64,000 nt of DNA from Octopus sinensis (GCF_006345805.1 NW_021831287.1:62001-126000); one strand, 5' to 3'. Numbered from the stretch's first letter, positions 1 to 12,726 are shown. Numbers and translations are program-made. The notes: generated by a model not told the origin, from the sequence alone.

Positions 1-80
1 CCAACAAGGCAACTCTCCTGGTGGAGGAGACACCACACAGCGCCCCCGTCTATCAGTGGAATTTTATTAGGAAAAAATGA
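1..80 (+). CDS. UTP11: 3' end of UTP11-like U3 snoRNP protein (partial)
   Basis: Frame from nt 3 reads NKATLLVEETTHSAPVYQWNFIRKK* (TGA 78-80), resembling the UTP11 C-terminus (ETxxSxxIYxxxxxRKR). Only the last 25 codons are in the window. Confidence 0.55.
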   Translation, partial: NKATLLVEETPHSAPVYQWNFIRKK

Positions 81-144
81 ATTATTATGTTTTGTTAAAA
101 GAAAATTAAATATTAATAATAGTCTATAATTGTAGTTGATCAAT

Positions 145-1829
145 ATGGAGAAAGCCGAGTATCCTCCGGAAGTATGAGTATTGTGTATAGTTAGTCGCCC
201 GACGGGAATGTGGAGTACAAGGTAGTCCTCAGGCACACCCCCAGCGAATGATAGTCCACCCTCCCGACGACCGACTGGAACACCTGCTGACCCAAATGAA
301 GTACCGTCTCGACCAAGGGAGTGGCCATGCCATCTACCTCCTGGGAGTGAACGACGATGGGTCAGTGGCCAACATTGACCAATCCCAACTACAACAGTCG
401 TGTGCCACAGTCATAGAAATGGCCAACAAGTGTGACGTGCGAGTGACGTACTCAGATTAGGGGCAAGGACACAGGTCAAGACATGTCCCCACAATGTCCT
501 CGAAGTGTGCATGTTCCAGGACTGGTCGGAGGCTGCCTCGGTTGCTGAATGTGCCCCACTTGGTAGAGACCGGAAGTGCGGGTGGCAGTAATCGGCAAGT
601 CGTATGCAGGCAAGTCCTCGTTGGTGGGAGTTATGAGTTGTGGACGACTCGACAATGGGAGGGGCCTGGCCAGACTGTCCATGCTCAGTCACTTCCACGA
701 ACTGGACTCAGGCATGACTTCCACCACAGCCCCCGTCACCCTCGGCTTCCACACCTCCGAACAAGTCCCCTTCTCTCCACAATCCCCCAACATGTCCCCC
801 ACAACTGAACTATTCAGTCAGTCCGACAGAATGGTCACCCTCATTGATTTGCCTGGCAATCACCGTTATGTCCGCACTGCCCTCCGAGGACTCACCGGCT
901 ACCACCCCGACGTGGGTCTGGTCGTGGTATCCGAGGACCACAGGACTGGTCTGCCTGTCCACGTCCAAATTGGAGTGCTTCTGGGCATGGGAGTGCGCAT
1001 AGTCGTGGTCATCAACAAGATTGATATGCTCAGTCCTGACACTCAGGCAGTCACCGATATGTTAGGAGTGCTCGCCTCTCTCGGACTGAATGGATGGGAG
1101 GTGACCCACTCCTCTCAGTTGGACACATTCTTTGAGGGTGACCAGTCGGGTGTGCCTGTCATCCCCCTCTCGTCCTACACGGGCACCAACCTCCACCTCC
1201 TCCTTCACTACATGGCTCTCCTCAGACCCCCCATCCACCACTATTCCCACCACGTCGAATTGAGAATAGTCAAAGTCTTTCGGGGCAACAAATTGATTGT
1301 GGGGGGCACTCTCCGTCGGTATATCTCCCACGTGATGTTAGGGGTGTCCTCTCCGTGGGGCAACAGTTGCATGTGGGTCCCTTTGAGGACGGGATATTTC
1401 ACTCAGTCGTGGTCGACAGTCTCCACCGGTGGAAAGTGCCCTGCAATACTCTCACCTCGGTGAAATCCTGCGTTTCAGTGGCTTTGGTGTGTTCCGACAC
1501 GTTTATTCCACGGGCGGTGAGTGTTCTGTCCTCAGTGGCAGGGTCAGGTTTGTGTGGACAATCCTTCGGGGATGTTGAATTCGCGGAGTTTTTGGGGGAG
1601 GGTGTCGTACATTGACTGTCCTTGCATTAAGTGTGGGGACATGACGACCGTGTATATGGAGGGGATTCGAGTGAGTGCCGTCGTGGCTGTATTCCCTGGA
1701 TGGCTAGTCTAGTCTGTCGAGGGGAATGTCTGTCTCTTCCAATTGAACCAGTTCGAGGCATTCCGGACTGGCTCGACATTTCTATTGGTGGATGATCAAC
1801 ACACAGCACACGGAGTGGTCTTGGCATAA
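145..1829 (+). CDS. GTPBP1/GTPBP2-like translational GTPase
   Basis: Spliced model MEKAEYPPE|SPDGNVEYK|RMIVHPPDDRLEHLLTQMKYRL matches the PPE..GNVEYK..RxEHLxTQMK motif. G1 GKSYAGKS, DLPG and NKID are present. GT-AG introns include 172-194, 222-244, 430-455 and 541-566. Ends TAHGVVLA* at 1829. Confidence 0.9.
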
Positions 1830-1847
1830 TTACTCATATTTATATAA

Positions 1848-2268
1848 TTATTTGTTATTTGTTAGAAATATTTCCAACTGGTCAACCACACGGACTAATT
1901 GTTTTCTACTGTGACTATAAAAGGATACAGTGAGAGAGCGAGCGTGTTCATTTCGTCCAGTCTGAGGGAGTGGGTATCGGCCATGACGACTGTCATAGAC
2001 TGGAATGATTAGATTGTGTACATTCATTAATTCGGTCATGACAAGGGAGTGGGCCACCATCTGGTCGTCCATTGCAGAGATATAGCCTGTCAGCCATGTG
2101 GCAAACTATAAGTCAATGACTACTCCTCACGTCGTTTCTGTTAGTATTGAAGCGGGTGGTAATGCTGGCCAGATCAGAGTCAATGGAGGAACAGACCTGC
2201 AGAGATTTGTTGATGGCTTCACTCAGGTGTTGGGGGAATTCAATGTCAGAATTATTGTATTCACCCAT
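1848..2268 (-). CDS. Hypothetical ~116-aa coiled-coil protein, weak BLOC-1 subunit 4 (Cappuccino) resemblance
   Basis: ATG at 2268; three GT-AG introns (25, 22, 23 nt) give MGEYNNSDIEFPQHL...LKQLVRVVDQLEIFLTNNK*. The C-terminal VDQLEIFL resembles BLOC1S4 IDRLEAFV. The gene model is more secure than the family call. Confidence 0.5.
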
Positions 2269-2320
2269 CACTAAACTAATTATTTAAATAATATTTATTA
2301 AATAAATAAACAATTTTATA

Positions 2321-3194
2321 ATGGGCGACTACATCAATGAAGTTCTTTTTGTAGTTAACGGAGTGCCAATGCGATTCTGCATGCGGCCATGTGAAGAGAA
2401 GGCACACGTGCGGGCACTAATCGAGACATATGGAGGGGAGTTGGTGTCCAATTCACTGCCCGACTCCATCAGACTCGACCTCCCCAACTGCCCCTTCCAT
2501 GCCAACTCGGAGACCATCTCGACTGATTACATCACCGAATGCATTCGAACAGACCAAGTGCTGGAGGACTTTCGGTGAGAGTAGTGAGTGACTGAGCAGA
2601 CTGGTGAACTGTCCGGGGAGAGAAAGGGTGGCCAAAGGGTAGTGTGTTGTCACATGTCAGTCGACTGGCCTACTCCACCAGTCAATAATCCACATCTACC
2701 AGAACAGACTGGTTGGGCGGATGAGGGGTCTGAAGGTGTGGAGGGACATGGTGAAGGTGTGTTGGCTGTGTAATGCAGGTCACCCCCCACTCCGCAGAGT
2801 CCATGCGACACCGTTTTCTTCACGTGATTTGTCCCCGCATATTCTTATATAATATCCCCATGGAGTGGAAGATGTATTTAAGTTCCTCAATCGTTGTTCT
2901 CTTGCTTAATGTTTAGTCCAGTCCATCGGAAATGTACACTGCCAGGACATCGTTGGACAGCACATTGAAATGTTGGTTATTTGGCTTATTCTAGTCCACT
3001 CTCCTATTTCTGATGACGAGTCCACTGAGTTGTGTCGGATAAGACAACATATCGACATTGGTCGGGCTTGTTTAGTGTAGACTATTGCACACGTTTTGGA
3101 AGTCGCTGTTGCCCAGGTCATCGACCGGCTGTATTCCTGTGGTGGAAATTTCCTACAAACTTATCAATATTTTTTGTCAAAGGGTTCTTCTTAG
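2321..3194 (+). CDS. TERF2IP: Telomere protein Rap1 / TERF2IP-like (BRCT-Myb-RCT)
   Basis: N-terminal BRCT (LFVVNGVPMRFCMRP..LIETYGG..ISTDYITECI), Myb (GLKVWRDMVK|VTPHSAESMRHRFLHVI) and an RCT-like C-terminus (TIAHVLEVAVAQVIDRLYSCGGNF). The junction at about 2630-2690 is ambiguous. Confidence 0.8.
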
Positions 3195-3335
3195 TTTTGT
3201 GATTTGTTTGTTTTTTGCCTGCCCTTAGTACTTTTAAAAAGCGCGTTTTTTAACTGAGGGCAACCACCGAATACTTTCAACTAATTATTATTTGCTTTAA
3301 ATAAATTTATTATTAATGTTTCATGTGGGAAATAA

Positions 3336-5357
3336 ATGACAAAAAGATTTATTAGCCAAACTTGTTCATCACCAAACATAAGTTTAAATTACTTCAGAAG
3401 TGCATTGTCAGTGGCTAACCCTAACATAGAACTAACCGCAGGTCTGTGAGTTACCCCAATTCATCAGGCGAAAAGGGCAGGTCTGTCCTTCTGTGGACCA
3501 ACTGTCTCATGGTCTCCCCCATCGGCCAATGGAAACTGTATTCCTACCAAGTCGGTCCGTCCACTGACCTTGCCCCCATTTCGAGCAGCATTTACGACGG
3601 ATTCAACTATATCTTCTCAAAGGAGGGGGAGTTGCGAGTAATCACGTGCTGACATACTTAGATGAAGGGGGGAATGTTGTCGGGGGAGTCCGTGCCCTAT
3701 CGGAGTCCTCTCACAATGTACTTGCTCTCCCTTCTCCTCAAACGGTGACTTATTGTCCTTATTGTAGACATTTGAAGGAAGCAGGACTGTTGTGTTGTGG
3801 AAACGAGTTCTACGACTCCTCTGGGTTGTGTTGATGTGATGACTGTAGGAGTGGAGTGGCCTTGGGCATTCGGGACGGGGAAGAGGGCTATTATTTGGTG
3901 GCATCCCCCAAACAAAGAGGGAGGGGTGAGGGGTCTTGGTTGGAATACCTCAACTCATTCCACCGCCGACATCTCCAGCACGTATTCAGGGAATGGAGTC
4001 TGGTAGTAGCCAAGCCGAGTGTAGTGAAGGGCCGACGACTGAGTGTGACTCCGCGGACTGTAAGGAACTGTTGATATGGCAGTACTCCTCTGGACGTGCC
4101 CCTCTCCACTATGTGTTAATATACCCCGATAGTCATGCCGAGTCAATATTCACCTTCATGGACAAACTCCGTGAATATGTGGGGACTCAGTTTGGGTGTG
4201 TTCTCGAAAGAGTGTCCTTGTATGTTTGATATGTCCAATGCAGGGTCGGGGTGGACGGAGTGTCCATCGGGGAGTATGTGAGTGCTCTGCAGGACAGTCC
4301 CCCCGCGGATATCCTCATGTGTGTATTCCCCAAGTTCAGTGACCGGGGGTACTGTCAAGTCAAATGGGAGACCTGTGTAGCTCTGGGAGGTACTCATTGG
4401 TGGGATGGTCAGTCAACAGCCAAGTGATCAGACTAAGGACTATTCGGAGAGTGCTCAGTGGGGATCTCTCCATGCAGTCACTCGCCCGACAAGTATTGGC
4501 TAAATGTGGTCGTCTCCACACACCCGTCACATTTCCCCCCAGTGTGGCCAGGGGGATGAAGGGGGACTGCATGTTGGTGGGGATGGACACCTTCCACCAC
4601 TACGCCATGTCCTTGCCGAGTGTCACTGCTGTTGTCTCCTCACTTGGGTCTGTCTTTGGTCACAAAGTCCCACTCTTCCATAACCAAGTCGAGTTTGTGG
4701 AGACTGGGAAGGAAATAGACGAACATGCATTCAGACATGTGTTGAGTGAGTGTGTCATTTGAGAGGACAGACTGTCTCCGTGCCTGGCAGTCCGTCAATG
4801 GTCGTCTCCCTTCCACCGTGGTCATTTTCCGTGACGGAATCGGGGATGAAATGTTGGAACAAGTTCTGTCGGTGGAAGTGTCGCAAGTGAGGGAGGCCAT
4901 CTCCTGTGGTGCCCAACAGGCCGGGACTGTCCCCCCCAGACTGTCCTTCATCGTAGTCAACAAGCGAGTGAGTAATTTGGTGTACCCCGTCAAGTCCCGG
5001 TTGGTGGGGACTGTGGTCGACTCGGTGGTGACGCGGTGTAATCGGTCAGTGTTGTGAGTCATGCCAGATTTGACTATTTCATGTCTTCCTGTGATTTTGG
5101 TGAACAGTCTGGTGGGATGTTGACTTATTACAACGTGTTGGTGAATGAGGACGTTTTGTCCCCTGATTTGTGTCAGTATTTGTCGTTCGGACTTACTCAG
5201 ACGTATGCTGTCTTTCCAGTTTGTTTTTTTTGTTTTTTGTCAGCAATCCACTGTCCCCTCCGTCTGCTTGTATGCCCATAAACTGGCCAGTCTGACTGGG
5301 AAGTATTTGCTCGATGACATTCACCCCTCATTTAATCGAGGACTCTTTTATTTATAG
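3336..5357 (+). CDS. PIWI-clade Argonaute lacking the PAZ domain (at most ~593 aa)
   Basis: Ten GT-AG introns of 23-26 nt. N domain GEKGRSVLLWTN..QWKLYSYQV; MID GYCQVK..NSQV..LAKCG; PIWI MLVGMD, RDG, YAHKLA and the C-terminal LFYL* typical of the Piwi clade. Confidence 0.92.
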
Positions 5358-5888
5358 ATTGCTGTCTAATAAATGTGTACTTGCTTTCTCCTTTGCTAAG
5401 TCGACTAATCAGATTGTGGTTCTCTTATCTCCATTTAATAAATTACAAGCCAGTTTTTGAACATTCGACCTCATTTTTCCATCCTGGCCATTTCTTGCAG
5501 GCATTTTTTAATTTTTAAAGCTTTGTTGAAAGTCATTTTTGTCAGTCCATTTCTGTTCATATAATTTTATCACAGCACTCTGAATACACGCCTATTCCTT
5601 TTACAATTCTGAATTAATGATAATTCACTATAAAACATGTTGTATTTGTGCATCTTTTTCACTCGTTTAGTAATCCTAACATCAGTTAAAGTTCATTTTT
5701 ATTATCAAAAATTATCGAAAACACAAATATATTGTGGCATTCCTTGCTAAATTAGAACAAGTACACTTGGCCTCGGACTTATGTTTTTGGTGAAATTTTA
5801 TATAAATAAATTATTTTACAAACTAAAAATATTAGTTAATTTATTTAAATAATAATAACCGAATAAAATAATTAAGCAGCTTACGAAC

Positions 5889-6546
5889 ATGTCCGACTCT
5901 GATTCCGACACGGAAACTGTTCCACAAACTAACACAAAATCTATCGACGAAATAATGGCAATGGACGCAGAAGACGAGTCCCTCAATCGGTACAAACAGC
6001 AACTGCTCGGCGAAGGGAATGTGGTCCTCTGTATGTCTGTGACTCACTACTCTAGTCGAGGACGACCCTCGCAAGTTTGTCCCCTCCTCTGTGGAATTAC
6101 ACATCGGGGACGTCGTTCACAAAGACTTTACCATTTCAGGTAGGAGCATAGTATGAGTGTAGGGGACACGGCAAAGGCCTCCAAAACCATTCCGGCCGCG
6201 GAAGGGTCGAATGCGCGGTTGGTGATAAATGGGAACATCCAGCGGGACATTATGGTGGGGGTGAGGAGCAAGTGCAAAATCACCAAGCGAATGGGCGGGA
6301 TCAACACATTCCGTTGGTTCCCTCACTCACAGTAGACACGACACTCAAGACATTCCACGGAACATTCGCCCCGCGGAGGGATATGATTTCATTTGCCTCG
6401 GACGAAGTGGAGGTGGGGATGTGGTGACATTGCAGTTGCCTACGGGGATGACGGGGCGAGGGGATTACAAGTGTGTCGGCCAATTGTACGGTGATGGGGT
6501 AGTTCTCATAAAGATCGAATGGTTCCTCAAGATTGGAAAGGCTTAG
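5889..6546 (+). CDS. ARHGDI: Rho GDP-dissociation inhibitor
   Basis: KSIDEIMAMDAEDESLNRYKQQLLG matches the RhoGDI regulatory arm; DDPRKFV, GTFAPR, LPTGMTGRGDY and IEWFLKI follow. Four 23-25 nt introns. Confidence 0.9.
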
Positions 6547-6852
6547 TTCATTTAATCTTGTTTACATGGAGTGTTCTCTTCTTAAATTAATTATAACCAG
6601 ATTAAGGATGTTGCATAATTAGATTCCCTATTCCGCATCATCGAGCAACCTATTTTCCTGCTGTACGCACATTGTTCGCAAATCTAGGTGTGCTATCCTG
6701 TTCTTATTCATTCTAATATCAAATGCTCCTGCCAAAAGGAGTATTTGTCTAATACGTTTTCTCAAATGAGAACTAAGGAATGGGAAATTAGTTTAAACAA
6801 AATAGATTAATGAACTATCAACGTCAATAGACAAGAAATAACAAAGATAGAA

Positions 6853-9800
6853 CTAAGACTGCCTCGACTGTTTGTCTACTCCAAGTGATACCAATCATCT
6901 CAACCTATTTTAACTTGCTCAATCTGATCACAAATAGTCTTAAGCTGCTGTTGTTGTTGGGCGTCCAACGTTTGAATCAGTTTGCAGAAATACTGGGAAT
7001 TCCGTTCTCGGAGTGCTGGAATAAAAACAACAAGCAAACATTTAAGGTGATCACTGAACACAATCAATTCGACCATATCATAGTTCTTGTGGTCGATGAA
7101 AGTGATGTACACGTCGTCATATACCCCATTCTCCTCTTCGTCGGACTCGTCACTCTCTCCCAATGAGTGTTCGATCGGCATTCGATTCTCCCCCTCCTCA
7201 TACTCGACACCTTCACTTATAACCACTCACATACTCCCAATCGACGACCCGGTCGATATGCTTTCCGCCTCCTCTTCTTCCTCCGCGGGTCCTGCCATAC
7301 ACAACAATCAATACTCTTGTAGTCCTTCTGGAGTGACAAACAAATGGAGACGGCGAGAGGCATCATCATAGGCATAAACTGCAGGACGGACGGGTCAGAG
7401 GACAAGGACAGTTCGACTATGACCAGAAGGGACAGTTTTAGTTGGTGTCGATTGCTATTATATATACAACTGACTACCATTTATTCCTCATTAAGGTCAT
7501 CCAGTTAGTCAAAATGTCATTGGTGAGTGTGGTCTGATTGGGACAAACCACAGCAGAACACAAATGCACAGCCATACTACAATCAGAGTAGAATGCGGAT
7601 ATGAAGGCCTGCAATGATCAATAAAACACAACCATCCAGCACTGATTTGCAGTAATTGTGTCACTCTGGTTGGTTAAATAGTGTTGGTAGATTGAGTGCA
7701 GAATCAGCCTCATTTGGTCCCCACTCAGCCTCCCCTTGCACGATATGAGCACCACTTCGTATAGTTTAAGTCCCAGAAGCACAGCATCGTAGATTGTGTC
7801 TGTATCCTCATCCCCGGTGGTCATCGCCTTCTCGACAGTGCTCATTATCCTCCCAAAATTGTCCTGTCCACCAATAAACGTGGCAGTATCCACAGTCACG
7901 AAATTGTGGATGAAATCGGCGAGTGCTACAATTAGGACACCTCCCACCCTCAAATGAATAAAATCCCATGTTGGAAGGAAACACTTCGAGGAATCTGTAC
8001 AGATACTTCCAGAAGGACGGATTGACTCGATGGGCAGTGATAGTGCACAACAGCATAGAAAAGTCGTCCCACAATTCTACATTGCCACACAATGCCCACC
8101 AAATAAAAGTTCGTCCACAAAGCACAGACCCAGCACTTGGTCGACCAGGGGCTCCACTTGTTGGAGTATCTGGAATAGAGGACGAGATTAACCTGAATGT
8201 TGCCGTCGATGGATTCCACGATTGTGTCCATTGCACTTATTATTCCCGATATGACGGGAGCGTTGTCTGCCAATTTGTCCGGGTCGTTCTGCGGCACGAG
8301 GGTCATCAGCAGTTGAACCTGCGAATAAGTCCACAAAAGACTGACCGAGTGCTGCAGCAGTTCACAGGCGACAGGGGAAACATGTTCAGAGAACACCTCG
8401 AACATCTTTTCGATGACATAGGGAGTGCGGTGGCAGTTCAATTCCTTAATAAGTGCCATCATTTCTACGATCAGGCAACGCATTACTCTGAGTGAATGGC
8501 TTAATAAACGTGGAGAACGGCTGGAGGGCTACCAATTACAACCAAGGAGTACTTTCTGACTTGGAACATGTCATGAATGAGTCAAACAGCGAAATGGCCT
8601 GGTACTGCACTGGCAACGAATTGTCGTTGAGTATTCCATTTATTATCACCTCCACCACAAAGAGCTCGTTCGACTTTTCCCGAAATGGCACGTCGATGAG
8701 CGTCTCCAGCAACCAGTAGGCCTACGCGTGAATAGAATTCCCTACTCGGTAACGAATAATGGGGTTGTCTGACTTGAGGGCAGGGAATATGAACGACACA
8801 AACAGTTTTTCCATGTCATTCTTATACCCCTCATTCTACAAATTACTCAGCCAGTCACCTTGACGAGACTGGGGGCCACGGAGGCAAGAACTGTAAACGT
8901 GGCATATCTCTGTGGGTCAGGACAGCCTTCCAACAATTGGAGACAGCAGTTGACAATGGTCGAAAGCACCTGAGGACGATGTTTGGCCACTGCTCTGAGG
9001 AAACTGGTCATGGACGCCTCAGGATAGAGAACATAATTCTCCACTGCAAATAATGCCACAACTCAACCGCAATACTCTTCCACAAACCCGAGGGGGTCAT
9101 TCGTGAACTGATCGACCAGTTTATCGTCATAAGCCAACAGGCGAATAAAAATATGTCCCACCACATTCACCAGCTGAGACGACAGGATTTTCCACAAGGA
9201 CAGTTTGGATATACTTACATTACGAATGGACACAACCACAATCGAAGGAAGAGAACAGAGTACTGCACGACATAATCGGAGACTACCAGTCCCTGGGTGA
9301 CTTGGCCAAATAGCGAGAATATACAATTGATGACATCCCCTCCATACTTCCCCACAAACCAGGCTGCGAAGGCATCCTTCGACCTGACCCTTGGAATGAC
9401 GACAGTGACACTCACGAGCGGAATATTTCGTAGAATATTCTTATGGGCCATTTTCTGCTCTTCGACCACACAGTGGGAGTTGCGTCCCCGTCCTGTGGGG
9501 CTGCCTACACATCACCCAAATGTCTCACCGCCGGGACTGGCCGAGTATACAGACGGAGAGAACAGTCCAAAATACTCACCAAATTGGCCTCCCCCAAAAA
9601 ATCCATCAACACGTCTCTCTACGAAATCAAGCATGGACAACAACCCTAATCAGTTCCCTCATTATTTTGTAGCAGACCACAACAATCGAGCAGCTCTCGC
9701 TCGTGTCTAACTGTGAGTACTGAGCAATAATCCCAGCCAATGGGCCAGCAATTGGACGCATTTGACTTATGAATGGATCAGCCTTGTCGGCCGGCTTGTA

Positions 9801-10354
9801 TTTCTGTGACTTGAGCAAAATGAATGCAATATTGATTGCAGGGCCCACTACTGTCTCATTAGCCGAGGTCAGGAGAGTGATGACATGTCCAGGCAGTCCT
9901 CCCAAATAGACGGGGAAGGATCTCTTCATGACAGTGAATATACACTCCAGCAGTTGATTCCTTCAGTCAATATTGTTGAGTCACCTTATTAGGGCCAGTC
10001 GACTGTTCAGGGCTGAGTTGACGAGAGAACATTCTAAAAATTTTTTGTCTTGGACGTCAATGTCGTTTTTGGGCTTGGATTTAGTTCTCATCATTTCGCA
10101 CTCCTTCTCGCTGTCTTCGAACACCCATCGGTCTTTGATCAGATTTTTGAGCATAATGACGGCTGGGAAATGTGCAAATTGTATACACCTGACTGGCGAA
10201 TGTGATCTTCCAGAGAGTCGCAGTCGACTATCTTCATTAGCACTTGAGAGAAATTTGGGCAGTTCTTGATGGAGGCGAGTTTCTTTTCTGCTTCTTTGGT
10301 GAATTCAGGGTTTAGTGTGAGTCGAAACATGTTTACTATGTCCTGCTCGTTCAT
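6853..10354 (-). CDS. IPO7: Importin-7/8
   Basis: Start MNEQDIVNMFRLTLNP..EAEKKL..IRQSG matches the IBN_N domain. Internal IPO7-like blocks (PWSTKCWVC, LRAVAKHRPQVL) and an acidic patch DESDEEE with VIFSDHLKCL are near the end. Many micro-introns; the stop position is inferred through a final 26-nt intron. Confidence 0.88.
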
Positions 10355-10780
10355 CTTCAGCTAATGCAACAATGACAATAGTCGAAAACACGTTATTAAT
10401 ACTTATATTTAAATTTTCACAAAATTAAATTACTAATTAATTTAGGTAATTTGCTACTCTGAGGAATTTATAAACTTCACTTCTTAAACCCACAGTAGCT
10501 TCATTCGTCGCCAGCCATGTGTATTAATCACGTCTATTTGCTGTTCTGAGATTTGTATGTTAAATAATTATTTAGTGACTGCACTACTCCTTCCTGGTGT
10601 ATAGATAGTCGATTACCGCAGATTGGAATATCAAGTCATTTTGCAGTATTCACATTCCTCCCTGGTTTATCGCCGTTTTATCATTAATTAAACCAACTAT
10701 TCCAATTTTCCTTTATACTATTTCATCTTAAACGTTTCCTACCACTTTTTACTTTTAGACTAAGGTTCTTTGAAACTGTT

Positions 10781-11367
10781 AGTCCAAAACATCTTTTATT
10801 TTCCATTAGAAAAAATCAAATTGGCATTGTAAGAGTCACTCCATTGTATGCGTCCAGATGACTCCTGGAGGAAGGTCTGTCGCTATTGCTTGTAGATAAT
10901 GTTTTATAGAATCTTGATAGGTATTTCGGGTCCTGTGTAAAGAGTATGCGTACAAAACGACTTGTAATATCAAACAGGGCAACGACGATTTTGTGGCCAC
11001 TTTCCAAGATGACCCCTCCAAAAGAGCTCGAGTCTTTTAATAGTGTTCTGTCGTTCTGTTTGCAAAGAATTTAGTCAATCTGATTATAAATCGTTAGCAT
11101 TCCAGTCTCCTGTAATGAAGACTAGAAAGGACGATTCCAATTCGAGCAATATTCCCTAGAGCTGCATGTAAAAGACGTCAAGTTCGTCCGAATCTTAGGC
11201 GACCCGTTCATTCTGGAGTGCATATACAAAAAATTATGGAAATGAGGGCCCTCGACGTGCGTTTAACACCTACCCGTATTTGAAAAACGCTGATTCTATC
11301 GGAAACAGTCCAAAACATTTTTATCTTCTATAAGAAAAAATCAAATTGGCATTGTAAGTGTCACTCC
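10781..11367 (+). repeat. ~61-bp imperfect direct repeat (10781-10842 and 11307-11367)
   Basis: Both copies read agtccaaaacat..agaaaaaatcaaattggcattgtaag(a/t)gtcactcc, with a 26-nt identical core, 526 bp apart. Confidence 0.85.
10965..11230 (-). mobile_element. Degenerate non-LTR retrotransposon APE-endonuclease fragment
   Basis: Minus strand reads FVYALQ..DELDVFYMQL*GILLEL..VFITGDWNA and later ESGHKIVVALF, resembling VYAP..DxFYxxL..GDFNA..SDHxxVVA. Contains stop codons. Confidence 0.55.
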
Positions 11368-11750
11368 TGATTGTTTCCGAAAAGTCAAAATGTATTGATT
11401 TCAATGTAATGAATTCCAAATCCCCAGTGTTTTGAGTGACATTAATTTTATACAGTCAATTATTCGTTTCCATATGATTGGCCTGTCAATACTAAACATA
11501 AACGTCGTCAGGACTACTTTTATTACTTGGAGATTACTTTAAATGTGAATCACCTGGTGGGGGTGTCACTATTTTTTTTCAATCTGAACACCATAAAATG
11601 GACTACTTATTCCTCCTTGATTGCGTAATCCCTTCTCAAGATGGGTATTAAATAAAGTATCGATTACGACTAGTAATTATTATCGAATGTCATAGGAACT
11701 AATACAAATCAATAGTAATATATATAGTTTCCGAGGAATCCAGATTTACA

Positions 11751-12726
11751 ATGGGCTTAGGACTTCAAAAGTGTTTTCTCTGTGTAATAAATTTCCCAAC
11801 CTTTGTATAACTGTGTTGTTCTCATCTACAAGCTGGTGGGGGCAGGAATTCTGGGCGTCGGCATATTTTTCATGGTCGGAGATCCCCTAAAAACCGTCTT
11901 GGCACAATACGTTCCTCCAAACAGTTCTGACATTGTCAACATGGTCACCAGCTTCAGATCCTTGTCCATCATCATCTATTTTGCCATTGCTTTGGGATCC
12001 CTACTATTCGTCGCAGGCTTTTGCGGGTGTTGTGGGGCTCTGTCCGAAAATAAATGTCTGCTGATCACTGTCCCATCCCCGACCATATTTTTAGTACTCG
12101 CTTATCGTGACAGTCATTCTGATCATCCTTGTGGGGGCTGCTATCGTCGTGGGAGCTATGCAAAACCAGGTTCGATTCTGAGACTATTCCTCAGGTCTTC
12201 ACAGCTGCCAGACAATTCCTGAAAGACTCCATTTTCGTGCATTACACTGGGAATGCCACTACGAGCGTTTACACTCTCATTTTCGACTCCATTCAATTGC
12301 TGGTTTTATTACCTGGTTGATGTCGCAGTTTCAATGTTGTGGAGTGGGGAATGCGACGGATTATTCTACTCTTCAGAACTGGAACTCTCGGGTGGTCGTA
12401 AATGGAACTCCGGTAGTTCTGCCCTACCCACCAACATGCTGCAAATTCAACGGAAGCATTCTCGACATTAATTCTATCCCTGTGAACACGATTACAAATT
12501 GCTTGGTAACCAATCGATTTAGCAGTCTTTATTCCTACACGAGCGTGGTATGTGCACTCCCTCTCATTGTAGGGATGCTTTGATAAACTTATGATGCTTA
12601 TTAAACCATACATGAACATTCTCTTGGGCGTTATGGGCGGATTGGCCGTGCTACTGGTTGTTTTCCTGACTCACTTTTTAGATCATCGTGGATGTGTGCT
12701 CGTGCTACATCATCAAAAAGAAGTAG
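11751..12726 (+). CDS. Tetraspanin
   Basis: Four hydrophobic segments, intracellular GFCGCCGA, EC2 CCG motif (FQCCG) and PPTCC. Ends CYIIKKK*. Confidence 0.9.

Noticed and set aside
2630-2700. Programmed frameshift in Rap1 (GRLAYSTSQ* versus IIHIYQ)
   Set aside because: A 33-nt intron or a single missing A explains it; there is no slippery-site evidence.
5360-5880. Small hidden gene between PIWI and RhoGDI
   Set aside because: No consistent spliced frame or recognisable motif on either strand.
7968-8495. 175-aa plus-strand ORF
   Set aside because: Antisense shadow of a long IPO7 exon.
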